A stretch of 62,462 bases of DNA, filler included. It is 3 parts of 3 records of this genome, joined end to end, with 100 filler letters (N's around TTAATTAATTAA, not from the genome) between each part and the next. Parts side by side here need not be neighbours in the genome. Positions count along the whole stretch, not along the records: positions 1 to 21,852 come from SRR22947727_4916; positions 21,953 to 52,676 come from SRR22947727_4930; 1 more part is not named here. One strand, written 5' to 3'. Under the pieces are notes generated by a model. The model saw only the letters and a list, made by a program, of their open reading frames with translations, did no database searches and was not told the origin of the DNA. Below, in pieces: positions 17,823-26,930 of the stretch; within the stretch, counting starts at the first letter, position 1; every line of letters begins with the position of its first letter. Both the position numbers and the translations under genes were made by a program.

Positions 17823-18487
17823 GTTCGAAGAAAGTCGTTGTGCTGGTGAGCGGGGGAATGGATTCCGTCGTTGCGCTACACGATGCCATTGCGGCAGGAC
17901 ATGACGTAGTCGCCGCAGTGAGCTTTGATTATGGTTCAAAGCACAATCATCGGGAGATTCCGTTTGCGAAAATTCATGCGGACCTGGTCGGCGCGGGGCA
18001 TCGAGTGATCGACCTGATATTCATGGATGAGCTTTTCGAAAGCGACCTCCTTAAGAGCGGTGGCGATATTCCCGAAGGCCATTACGAGCAGGAAAACATG
18101 AAGCAAACCGTGGTTCCGTTTCGAAACGGGATCATGTTGTCGATTGCGGCAGGTTTTGCCGAAAGCATTGAAGCGGAGGGACTCGTAATCGCGGCGCATT
18201 CCGGAGATCACGCGATTTACCCTGACTGCCGCGAGGATTTCATGAAGCCGATGGGCGATGCGATTCAGGCGGGAACGTATGTGAATCTCGAACTGATGCG
18301 GCCGTTCATTGCCCTGCGAAAAGAAGATATCGCCGCTCGCGGAGCGGAGCTGGGCGTCGATTTTTCACAAACGTGGTCCTGTTACAAAGGCCTCGATTTG
18401 CACTGCGGAAAATGCGGAACATGCGTCGAGCGCAAAGAGGCGTTTGCGATCGCTGGAATTTCGGATCCTACTGAATACGAGACCTAA
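17819..18487 (+). CDS. queC: 7-cyano-7-deazaguanine synthase
   Basis: SGGMDS, VVPFRNGIML, YPDCR, TWSCY...HCGKCGTCVER; ATGA overlap with queF. Confidence 0.95.
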   Translation: MSSKKVVVLVSGGMDSVVALHDAIAAGHDVVAAVSFDYGSKHNHREIPFAKIHADLVGAGHRVIDLIFMDELFESDLLKSGGDIPEGHYEQENMKQTVVPFRNGIMLSIAAGFAESIEAEGLVIAAHSGDHAIYPDCREDFMKPMGDAIQAGTYVNLELMRPFIALRKEDIAARGAELGVDFSQTWSCYKGLDLHCGKCGTCVERKEAFAIAGISDPTEYET

Positions 18488-19317
18488 TCTTTCCCCGCAT
18501 CCACAAACTGGATCGCTTTTTCGAGCCAATCGGCTGGCGGCGGTTTGTGGCCATGGGCGGGAATTTCGAAGAACTCGGCGTTTTTGAATTTCTCTTTTTG
18601 AAAGCCACCGACAAATGCTCCCTTGGTGTTGGCAAGATTGAAGTCCTTTTCGCCAGTGATCAGCGCGTAGCGGCAGGCCTTCTTGACGATGGGAAGCAGC
18701 TCCTCGTTGGGTATGTAATTCAGGCCATAGACCTTGCCGTCTGGGGCTTTGATGTCGGTGTAAAAATTCACGCCCATGCAACAAATGGTGCCTGAGAACA
18801 TGTCGCCCCAAGCCACGCCAATCATGCTGGCAACGCGGCTGCCGCCTGAAAAACCGGAAACGTAGACTCGCCGCCCATCGATTTTGTAAAGCTCGCGCAT
18901 GTTGTGATTGGCGTCGATCGCCATGCGGATTCGATCAAAGATATTCCGTTTGTTGCCCGATTTTTTGGCGCCGATGAACATTAAATTGTGCTTTGCGAGA
19001 ATGGGCTCCCACGCATTGGGAATCGACGGGCTGTCGCCTGCACTGATCCAAATGAAAAGGCCATGCGGTTGGTTGGCTTTGAAGTTTTTGGGAAGCAGAA
19101 CATCGAACGTTTCCTGAGTCACATCATAGGCGGGCGGCTGTTCCGCAGCCATCATGCGGTAGCGAATCCGAATCGGGTCTGAGGATTGAACTGGAGATTT
19201 TGTGAACTGAATTTCACTCCGTTTTCCGGGAAAGATCTTAGCCTCTTGCCCTTTTGAACTTTGAGAAAATGAGCACAGCCCGACGAGGATGAGGATTTGA
19301 GCGATTGGAATTTTCAT
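18484..19317 (-). CDS. Secreted alpha/beta-hydrolase-like protein
   Basis: Signal peptide; IDGRRVYVSGFSGG (GxSxG); TGEKDFN; C-terminal GH. Confidence 0.7.
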   Translation of the reverse strand: MKIPIAQILILVGLCSFSQSSKGQEAKIFPGKRSEIQFTKSPVQSSDPIRIRYRMMAAEQPPAYDVTQETFDVLLPKNFKANQPHGLFIWISAGDSPSIPNAWEPILAKHNLMFIGAKKSGNKRNIFDRIRMAIDANHNMRELYKIDGRRVYVSGFSGGSRVASMIGVAWGDMFSGTICCMGVNFYTDIKAPDGKVYGLNYIPNEELLPIVKKACRYALITGEKDFNLANTKGAFVGGFQKEKFKNAEFFEIPAHGHKPPPADWLEKAIQFVDAGKD

Positions 19318-20483
19318 TCTGCGCCGTTGGCCGGTTTAGAAACTCCCGAGAACGGATTATTGATGACCGCCTGCCACGCGATTTTTCGAAACATCCTATC
19401 CAACTCTGGACTTGGGAAATCGGATTGCCCGAACTTGATTGGCGCTTCGATCAATTCGGGAGATTTTCCGTAAAGCGTTGCGTAAAATACGTACCCTTCG
19501 AGTCGGTCAAACCCGGGCCCGAGATGGCCCAGCTGGTCGCGCCACAAGGAGCGATCCTTTTTACCAATGACTTTGTTGATGCCTTCGATTCCGGGCAATT
19601 CGCCGCGCAGGTAGTGTTTCGCGGCGAGAGTCATTGCATCCGATGTGGGAAGGATAAAGAATTTGTCCGGGTATTTCTTGCGCAAGGTTTCGATCAATCC
19701 GATCCCCGCGTCGCGTTTCTGCTGAGTGAGTTTGTCGAAAATTTCCTCTGTGAAAAAGTCTTCCGATTTCGGGATTTTGTCGAGTTGTCCCAATTGGACC
19801 CAGGAATCCGAAAGGTAGAATTTCATCTCTGGATTTGTTTTCAGGCAGAAATCAATCCAGCAGGAATAGTATTCCGGTCGGTCGTTGAAATAGGGGCCCC
19901 ACATCATGGCATCCCATTTTGCATTGGCGATCGATGCGAGAAGCTTTGGAACCGGTTTTTTATCGAATTGAAAAATGCCGTTTTCCTGCTCCCACTTGTA
20001 GCGCGCACTTCCGGTGATGCCGCCGCCGGTGTGGGTGTGGAGAGGCTGTTTGAAGCCGGCCGCCTCGCAAATTTTGGGCAGTGTTTGATAACCGGGGCGC
20101 ATAAAACTGTGGCCCGTGCCAACGATTCTCAGCGCACCGTCTGTTGGCTTTTCAAAAGAAATCACATCGGGATAAAGCCCCTTGATGGCGTCTGGAGATA
20201 GATAGCAAATCGCGTGGTCAGGAAATTTTTCGGCCTTCCAGCCTGGATCGACTTCGAATTTCGAGGGCGCACCACCCTGCTTTTTTTTCCCGGTTTTGCC
20301 GCCGAGCATTTTGTCGCGGAATGCTGTCGCCTCAGCGATCGAAAGCGTCCCGTCTTTGTTTGTGTCGGCCGCGGGGAAACGCTTCAGCCATTTAGCCAGT
20401 TGCTCGAGTGACGCTTTTTCTTGAGCGGTGCCAACGAGCGGGACTCCGAGGGCGAGCAACAAAGTGAGGAACGTTTTTTTCAT
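19314..20483 (-). CDS. Secreted hypothetical protein with EF-hand-like N-terminal motif, possible SGNH-like fold
   Basis: Signal peptide MKKTFLTLLLA; PAADTNKDGTLSIAEA; GTGHSF; WRDQLGH. Start moved to ATG 20483. Confidence 0.65.
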   Translation of the reverse strand: MKKTFLTLLLALGVPLVGTAQEKASLEQLAKWLKRFPAADTNKDGTLSIAEATAFRDKMLGGKTGKKKQGGAPSKFEVDPGWKAEKFPDHAICYLSPDAIKGLYPDVISFEKPTDGALRIVGTGHSFMRPGYQTLPKICEAAGFKQPLHTHTGGGITGSARYKWEQENGIFQFDKKPVPKLLASIANAKWDAMMWGPYFNDRPEYYSCWIDFCLKTNPEMKFYLSDSWVQLGQLDKIPKSEDFFTEEIFDKLTQQKRDAGIGLIETLRKKYPDKFFILPTSDAMTLAAKHYLRGELPGIEGINKVIGKKDRSLWRDQLGHLGPGFDRLEGYVFYATLYGKSPELIEAPIKFGQSDFPSPELDRMFRKIAWQAVINNPFSGVSKPANGAE

Positions 20484-20696
20484 AGGGGCACGTCGAGATC
20501 GTGGGTTCAGTATTACGAAATTCAAAACGCGGGGTCAATTGGATTGTGTTCTTCAATTTCGATAAGACCTAAGCCGAAAGAAGCATTGTCTTTCGCAGGA
20601 GTCACTAATCCGACAGAATACATGTTGAATACATGTTCTGTAAGAAAGTTCAGGGAAAGACTTGTTAGGTGGAGGGGAGTGTGTAAAAATGAAGCA

Positions 20697-20963
20697 ATGA
20701 AACTCACCGTCAACTTAGATCAGGAAATCCTTGATAAAGTTGTCGAAATTACAGGATCAACCACAAAAACGGAGGCCATTATGTTTGCATTAAAAGAAGT
20801 AGAACGCCGGGCGCGGTTAGTTGAAGTGTTACGTGAAGGGTTAGGTGCCTCCGAATCCGAATTAAAGTCGATGTTCGATCCCAATTCGGCACCCGACGCG
20901 ATTGGTAAAAAATATACGACTCCAAACGTCGATTCACTTCCGCTTGTTGCGGAGGGCGACTGA
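20697..20963 (+). CDS. vapB: VapB-type antitoxin
   Basis: MKLTVNLDQEILDKVVEITGSTTKTEAIMFALKE ribbon-helix-helix-like start, immediately upstream of a PIN toxin; start moved to ATG 20697. Confidence 0.8.
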   Translation: MKLTVNLDQEILDKVVEITGSTTKTEAIMFALKEVERRARLVEVLREGLGASESELKSMFDPNSAPDAIGKKYTTPNVDSLPLVAEGD

Positions 20964-20968
20964 AAGTG

Positions 20969-21361
20969 ATGAGTCGTCCGATCATGGTGGACAGCTGTTG
21001 GTATATTAACCAGATGTCGGATGGGGTTGATCCAGTCAAGACGTTGTCTTATTTGGCTGAATCGCGGGACATTGCTACTTGTGGGGTTATTAAATCTGAA
21101 GTCGGTCGTGGTCTCAAGCAGCGCGAACGTTTTGACAAGTTTTGTCGAGCGTGGGATGTCATGCTTTATGTCGAATCCACACTTGAGCGGTGGGAAGAAA
21201 CCATGAATCTAGCGTGGTCTTTGGATCGGAAAGGAATTGTTCTTCCATTGCAAGATGTCCACATAGCCGTGTGTGCATCAAAGATTGGAGCGGTGATTCT
21301 GACATACGATAAACATTTTAGTCGTATCCCAGGCATCGATGCTACTGATCGAATTTTCTGA
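20969..21361 (+). CDS. vapC: VapC-type PIN-domain toxin
   Basis: IMVDSCWYI, IKSEV, QDVHIA, ILTYDKHFSRIPG acidic PIN motifs. Confidence 0.88.
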   Translation: MSRPIMVDSCWYINQMSDGVDPVKTLSYLAESRDIATCGVIKSEVGRGLKQRERFDKFCRAWDVMLYVESTLERWEETMNLAWSLDRKGIVLPLQDVHIAVCASKIGAVILTYDKHFSRIPGIDATDRIF

Positions 21362-21390
21362 CTGGCCTGGTTTTTACCTATTCAATCGCA

Positions 21391-21852
21391 ATGTGTATGA
21401 TGAATTGGTGCTCGGACCCAACAAACGCGGAGAATTTCTCGGTGTTTTTCAATCGTGATGAGAGCAAAGAGCGCTCGATTGCGGAGCCTCCAGCTGAGCT
21501 TGTGACGGAATCCGGCACTCGATTCCTGATGCCAACTGATCTCGATGCGGGCGGGACGTGGATGTTTGTGAATGAACGCGGCGGCGTCGTGACGTTGCTG
21601 AATTGGTATGACAAGGCGGTTCCGTATGCTGAGAAGGCGTCTCGATTTCGCAGTCGGGGGCTTTTGGTAAAAGAGTTGGCGGATGTTCGTGACTTGGGAG
21701 AGTTGGAGAATCGATTAGTTGAGGTAAAAGAGAGAGCTCCGTATCGACCATTTCATTTATTGGGCTTTGCACCGAATTCGTCGCCATGTGGGTGGAGCTG
21801 GGATGGGAAGTCCGTTTCGAAGCAACAGGGTTGGTTCATCGGTAAGTTCAAC
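21391..21852 (+). CDS. NRDE/TANGO2-family protein, truncated by contig end
   Basis: N-terminal MC, FNRDE, AGGTW, TLLN, SRGLLV. Confidence 0.85.
21818..21838. repeat. Single palindromic unit near contig end, inside the NRDE ORF
   Basis: CGAAGCAA-CAGGG-TTGGTTCA. Confidence 0.65.
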
Positions 21853-21952
21853 NNNNNNNNNNNNNNNNNNNNNNNNNNNNNNNNNNNNNNNNNNNNTTAA
21901 TTAATTAANNNNNNNNNNNNNNNNNNNNNNNNNNNNNNNNNNNNNNNNNNNN
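21853..21952. other. Artificial contig linker
   Basis: N44-TTAATTAATTAA-N44 (stop codons in all six frames). Confidence 0.99.
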
Positions 21953-22048
21953 TCCAAAACCCCCATCGAACTGGGCGGCTACCTCGTGGATGATGTCCAA
22001 CTCACATCGATTAAGCAGCCCAATCTTCCGGTGCGTTTCGTGAAGTGA
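21953..22048 (+). CDS. Probable 3' end of an unidentified gene
   Basis: Open frame from contig start SKTPIELGGYLVDDVQLTSIKQPNLPVRFVK-TGA, followed by hairpin GATTGAGT-ATGC-ACTCAATC (22055-22074). Confidence 0.4.
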   Translation, partial: SKTPIELGGYLVDDVQLTSIKQPNLPVRFVK

Positions 22049-22153
22049 GCATCTGATTGAGTATGCACTCAATCGCTGCCGCTAGGCGGGAAATTTAACG
22101 GACAGTTTTTGTTTTTCCGAAGGTCGAAGACAGAGATCGGGATTGTTTCCCCA

Positions 22154-22174
22154 CGAACCAATAGCGTTAGTTCA
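22154..22174. repeat. Degenerate single palindromic unit
   Basis: CGAACCAA-TAGCG-TTAGTTCA. Confidence 0.55.
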
Positions 22175-22330
22175 CGAACTTTTCTTCTTCCGTTTCTGAT
22201 TTTGTTTTTTCCGTCTCCGGTAAAGACATCTATCAATTAAACTTAAATGGGAAGCGGTTGGTGGGTGGGTTGGGTTTCCGGTTCAAGATTTCGGCTGAGG
22301 TTCGGTGTCCTTGTCAGGCTTTCGCGGCTT

Positions 22331-23140
22331 TCAGGCGATTGGGAGATCAGGGAATTCCTTGTGAATACCTGCGATGACATTCCCGAGCCGGGTGACGAGA
22401 AAGACGTTGTGATATTGTGAGTAAACGGTGGTAATGCCCACCAGCAGTGGCTGAGCCATGGCGTGAGGATTTGGAAGTTCTTTGCTCCAAGCGAAGGCGC
22501 CGCCACCGCTCATGCCGCTGAAGTCATGTTTCTTACCCGGGATCATCGTCTTGAAGCTGATCCCCTTTTTCATCCGGTATTGAAGAAGGAGATGCGTTTG
22601 GGGATCGAGCTTGAGCTTGCCGAATCGATGATCTTGCACGCCAGAGCACGAAATGCGGGAAATCTCAGTTGTTGCTGTATTCTCACTGAAGTCGCTCAAT
22701 TCAGCCTGATAACCGATTATCGTGTAGGCATCGCCGTCCTTGGTCGAGTCTATCGGATCGCAATCAAGTTCATCCAGAAAGATCAGTGAGCTATTCAGTT
22801 CCGACTCAAAACCGTCTTTTAATTGGAAGTAGCCAAGATCGTCATTGTCCTCATCTCGCGTTCCGCCTTCCGGGACCGGCGTCACTCTGTATTCCCCATA
22901 GATCTCAACGAGGTAGTCGCGGCCCGGGATCATGATGGCGTGATTTTTGAAGTCGTCGAAGACATGTGCGGCCGATAGCAGGAAATGGTGGTCAGCGATC
23001 CTGATCAGAACACCAGACCCAAACTGCTCTGGCTCGCCTTTTCCATCTTCTCGGAAGATGGGGCAGACTCCTGCCTCAGGCCTCCGAAGGTAGGGATCCC
23101 CGACATCAGACAGCGAGATGTCGGGGTTCTCCTTGATCGG
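22331..23140 (-). pseudogene. Trypsin-like serine-protease-fold protein, apparently lacking its native 5' end
   Basis: FGSGVLI, LLSAAHV (catalytic His), DDLGYF, SGMSGGG (catalytic Ser), LVGI; the only early in-frame start (TTG 23194) lies within the opposite-strand gene remnant. Confidence 0.55.
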
Positions 23141-23585
23141 ATCGAGGCGCTGAAGGCTGAGCTGGAAACGGAACGCGGCGATCCGGCGTATCAAAAGAAA
23201 CTGGATGCGGGTCGGAAACGGCGGGCGAATGAGCAGGTGGTTTATGCGGCGGATTTTGAAACGTCGGTTCGTGAGTTTCTGAATTTCGACGTGAGATACA
23301 AAGATCTAGAATCGCAAATGGCTCGACAGATTGCGGATCACGCAACGCCGGTGGGAATCGGGACGGTGGCCCGGACCAAACGAATCCCGATCGAAAGACG
23401 GGCGGAAGCGGCAACGATCGCGTGGATGCGGCATCAAACGACGGCTTACGATGACATGACGATTCAACGGCAAGCGGCGGGAGGTTCGGCAAATGCTGGC
23501 GAAGCGCTCCAAGTTGCTGCTGAACGAATATCGAAACGGGTCAGCGCGCTCGGAGAATTGCCCTTTAGAGAAGGCCTTGAAATAA
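23135..23585 (+). pseudogene. DUF2293-like protein remnant (5'-truncated, frameshifted)
   Basis: HATPVGIGTVARTKRIPIERRAEAATIAWMRHQTTAYD; after a shift at ~23465 it continues NGKRREVRQMLAKRSKLLLNEYR...CPLEKALK to TAA 23585. Confidence 0.7.
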
Positions 23586-23592
23586 AGGGGTG

Positions 23593-24369
23593 TTAGCTGT
23601 GCATCACCTGACCACCATCAATGTTCAGGGTTTGCCCAGTGATGTTTTTGGCGTGATCCGAGGCCAGATAGACAGCCATCGCACCAAACTCTTCAGGGGT
23701 TTGCCAGCGAGCTAAGGGAGCAATTCCGGCAATCTTTTCTTCAGCCCATTCGTCATAGGATTTTCGGGCATCTTCCGGCAAACCCTCTTGAGTTGAAGCC
23801 CAGACGGATTGGTTCAGATCGGTTTTCACCATACCAGGCGACAGCGCATTTACCCGCACTCCAAACGGGGCAAAATCTTTGGCGGCGCCTTGCATGAAGT
23901 TGATGACCCCGGCTTTCGCAGCGCTGTAGGGAGGATCCGTTTGTGAACCAATTTGGCCGGCGACTGATGTAAGAAACAATATCGTCTTGCGCCTGGATTC
24001 ACCCTCCTGAAGAAACGGGGCGACAGCATGGGCGACGTTGACGGTGCCCATCAAACTGATTTCGAGGACGCGTTTCCAATCAGACGGATCGAGATTCCAA
24101 AACGGGAATCCGAATTTCCCGGAACCAATCGCCGCTGCACAAACAACGTGATCAATCCCGCCCCATTCCGTCGCAATTTTCCCGGAAAGTTCACGAACCG
24201 ATTCGAAATCAGCGATATCAACCGTGGCGGAATCGGGGCTTTCATCAGGATTCAAATCAGCCCGACAAACGCGAGCCCCTTCTTCAGAAAACGCGTCGGC
24301 GATCGCTTTGCCAATCCCGCGCCCGGCACCGAAAACGATCACGTTTTGGTTTTGTATATTCAGATTCAT
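23593..24369 (-). CDS. Short-chain dehydrogenase/reductase
   Basis: FGAGRGIG, YSAAK, VRVNALSPG, ITGQTLNIDGG; start moved to ATG 24369. Confidence 0.93.
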   Translation of the reverse strand: MNLNIQNQNVIVFGAGRGIGKAIADAFSEEGARVCRADLNPDESPDSATVDIADFESVRELSGKIATEWGGIDHVVCAAAIGSGKFGFPFWNLDPSDWKRVLEISLMGTVNVAHAVAPFLQEGESRRKTILFLTSVAGQIGSQTDPPYSAAKAGVINFMQGAAKDFAPFGVRVNALSPGMVKTDLNQSVWASTQEGLPEDARKSYDEWAEEKIAGIAPLARWQTPEEFGAMAVYLASDHAKNITGQTLNIDGGQVMHS

Positions 24370-24374
24370 CAGGG

Positions 24375-24803
24375 CTAAGCGTCCGGCAAATAGATCGAGA
24401 GATAGATCCAATTCAAGAGAACTAGAATAGGAAGGCCAACCGTCAAAAACAATTTCCTGAGCTGTCGTTGACGTTTGGTTAGCGGAGTCGGCCAGTTTTC
24501 TCCGGCACTATTAAAATAGCGCCGCAGGGCGATAAGAAACCAGACCAAAACTACCAAAACACCGGCAAAGACGGCCGGATTAAACAGAAAGCTCTGCACC
24601 AGGTTTCCATGCGAAAGCGCCATCATGCAGCGGGTGCCGCCGCATCCCAGGCAGGGGATCCCGACAATCTGTCGAAAGCCGCACGGAGCGGGTTTGATCG
24701 GCAAATACTGATAAAAACGCGCGACAACGATCAATCCGCAAATCACCAAAAAGGTGACTCCAGCAGGGACGATTGTTGCGAGATTTCGGCGTGGTGCATT
24801 CAT
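24375..24803 (-). CDS. DUF2752-family membrane protein
   Basis: PCGFRQIVGIPCLGCGGTR...LSHG...FNP motif. Confidence 0.85.
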   Translation of the reverse strand: MNAPRRNLATIVPAGVTFLVICGLIVVARFYQYLPIKPAPCGFRQIVGIPCLGCGGTRCMMALSHGNLVQSFLFNPAVFAGVLVVLVWFLIALRRYFNSAGENWPTPLTKRQRQLRKLFLTVGLPILVLLNWIYLSIYLPDA

Positions 24804-24821
24804 GCTGAATCAACTGAACAC

Positions 24822-25841
24822 TCAACCTTCCAGCTGTTGCTGAGCAGCGGAACGTTTCCCGCCAAAGATGTCTTCATAAACATGAAGCATGGCCAATAAA
24901 GTAAGGGGAACGGTGACATACAGCCCAATGACAAGCAGGGCGAACCCGAGAAGGTTTATCAAAACCAGCGTCAGAAAAAATAGAGAAAACCAGAAGAACT
25001 GCCGATTGTAAGCCTTCATGCTGAGTTTCATTGAGTCCCAAAACGGGAGGTTTTTATCAAAACAGATCACGGGCGCCAATGTCCAGGCGACCGAAACATA
25101 GAGGTAAAACAGGATCATAATGCCCGTCAAAACCATCCCGCCAATTGCGAGAACCGACGGCTCTTCACTACCGACAGCCGCCGATGCAAAAATAACAACA
25201 AAGAAGGGTATTAACGCCGCAATGCTGATTCCCAGGATGACCAGGTTCATCAAAAAGAACTTTAGAAAGCCATTGGAAAAGCCGTAGAACGCGTCACCGA
25301 TTTCAGCGGGTTGGCCGCGTATTTTTCTCAGTAAATAGTAGTAAAGCCCTGCAAAAATCGGAATCGCGACGAGGCCACCGCCAACCTGAGAAGCCGCCCC
25401 ATAAACCACATTGATCAACAATGCGATCCCCGTAATCGGCCAAAAGTCCTGCGCCATGGTCGTCCAGGCTCGACTGAGGCTGCTGCCGATATTGACGCTG
25501 AAATCCGCCGGCAAGACTCCATCGTCATTCGAACTGACGGAGTCACTTGTCTCCATCAGGTTTTGCACAAATGCATCGCTATGCTCGGGCGAGATGAACT
25601 TATCACCGTATGGCATCATCTCAGACTTGAGCATGACCTTTCCGGATTGCGCACAAATCGCCATCTCGGCGCCATCTTCAGAAGTCAAGGCATCCGCTTC
25701 ACGTAACGGCGTCCAGTTGGCCATCCCATCGCGCCAAACCAAGTTGTCCAGCGTGATTTCTCCACGATTGAGAATTTCGACCAGCTCTTGAATTGAGACC
25801 GGGCCCTGACGCTCACCAAATTTTTCGAAGTACCATTTCAC
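24822..25841 (-). CDS. GYF_2 (DUF4339) domain integral membrane protein
   Basis: WYF...RQGPVS...ITLDNLVWRDGMANWTP; several TM helices in the C-terminal half; GTG start. Confidence 0.85.
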   Translation of the reverse strand: MKWYFEKFGERQGPVSIQELVEILNRGEITLDNLVWRDGMANWTPLREADALTSEDGAEMAICAQSGKVMLKSEMMPYGDKFISPEHSDAFVQNLMETSDSVSSNDDGVLPADFSVNIGSSLSRAWTTMAQDFWPITGIALLINVVYGAASQVGGGLVAIPIFAGLYYYLLRKIRGQPAEIGDAFYGFSNGFLKFFLMNLVILGISIAALIPFFVVIFASAAVGSEEPSVLAIGGMVLTGIMILFYLYVSVAWTLAPVICFDKNLPFWDSMKLSMKAYNRQFFWFSLFFLTLVLINLLGFALLVIGLYVTVPLTLLAMLHVYEDIFGGKRSAAQQQLEG

Positions 25842-25892
25842 GGTGCCAATAATAACGACAGATTTGGATTTGAAAACAATATCTGCACCAAA

Positions 25893-26819
25893 TTATTCGT
25901 TACTTGAAATGGGCGCATCTCCTTCCACAACGACTGTATAAACTCCAACACGGCCTTCCTGGGGTTCTGTGTCATGAACACCCGGTGAAATTTGCTCTTC
26001 TTTGATTCCTGCTGCTTTCAAAACTCCTTCAACCGTTTTAATTCGCAGCGCTTCCATCTTTCGATTCCCTTCTGCATTCCCCACGATCGGAAGGGCATGA
26101 ACCTGAAATTGCGCGCCGGGAACTTTTAAGTCAGCGACCAGCTTTTCGTGTTCCTTCAAAAGGCCCGTCATCCGCTGTTGTTGACGGAGCCCATCTTCAG
26201 AAAGCTCGTCGCCCCCCGATAGGAAAATAAAAGTGAGTTCTCCAATCTCTTCACGAACTTCATCGAGGCGTGCCTGCGAGGAGTTCTTCAGATTTTCAAT
26301 GTTCACCTCTCCCGTTAAAACAAGACTGGGAAGTTCCCGAACCACATTGGAAAATAGCGGCTCGTCCAAATGCCCTTTCAGAAACCACTGGTCGTCCTCC
26401 AGATAAATTTCAGCAGTTGTCGCAGCTTCCGGGAATCGCGTCTGAAAAACGGACTTCGTCATCGTCTCCAAATCGTCGCGGCGAACTTTTGAGACCGCTT
26501 CAACCATGTCTCCAAACCGATCAATAAACTCCGCATTGGCGACTTTCAAACCACGAAACTCTTTTTGCCAAACCGGCTTTCCCATCGACGCCCAAAAATC
26601 CGTCAGCGAATCCCCCACAAAGACGAGGTCCCCTGATTTCATCCGCTTAAATTCCGCATTTTGGTCCCAATACCGCTTCAGCCATTGCTTCGTTCCCCCA
26701 TTTTGGGCGATCCACGGCTTGTTTCGATCAGATAGGGTTGGTTGTTTTTGGTTAGGGCTGCCTTCCGGGTTCGCGAAAGCGAAGCCAAAAACAAGAGCCA
26801 AAGCAGCCATCCATTTCAT
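25893..26819 (-). CDS. Probable chimeric ORF: SGNH/GDSL esterase N-terminus joined to an unrelated C-terminus
   Basis: Signal peptide and LVFVGDSLTDFW...VWQKEF...VAN, then no SGNH blocks II, III or V; junction about 26531. Confidence 0.5.
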   Translation of the reverse strand: MKWMAALALVFGFAFANPEGSPNQKQPTLSDRNKPWIAQNGGTKQWLKRYWDQNAEFKRMKSGDLVFVGDSLTDFWASMGKPVWQKEFRGLKVANAEFIDRFGDMVEAVSKVRRDDLETMTKSVFQTRFPEAATTAEIYLEDDQWFLKGHLDEPLFSNVVRELPSLVLTGEVNIENLKNSSQARLDEVREEIGELTFIFLSGGDELSEDGLRQQQRMTGLLKEHEKLVADLKVPGAQFQVHALPIVGNAEGNRKMEALRIKTVEGVLKAAGIKEEQISPGVHDTEPQEGRVGVYTVVVEGDAPISSNE

Positions 26820-26875
26820 CTTTCAAGCCTGACACAAATACGATTTTTTATCAACCAACCTGCGCGATGCGTGTC

Positions 26876-26903
26876 TTGACGCTGGCCACCACTTCGCTAC
26901 AAT
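26876..26903 (+). promoter_or_regulatory. Sigma70-type promoter
   Basis: TTGACG-N16-TACAAT ending 27 nt upstream of ATG 26931. Confidence 0.6.
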
Positions 26904-26930
26904 CGCGCCCTTCCATCACTTTAAAAACCC

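Noticed and set aside
21853-21952. TTAATTAATTAA palindrome within N runs (also at 52721-52732)
   Set aside because: Artificial contig linker; ORFs running into it are truncated by the assembly.
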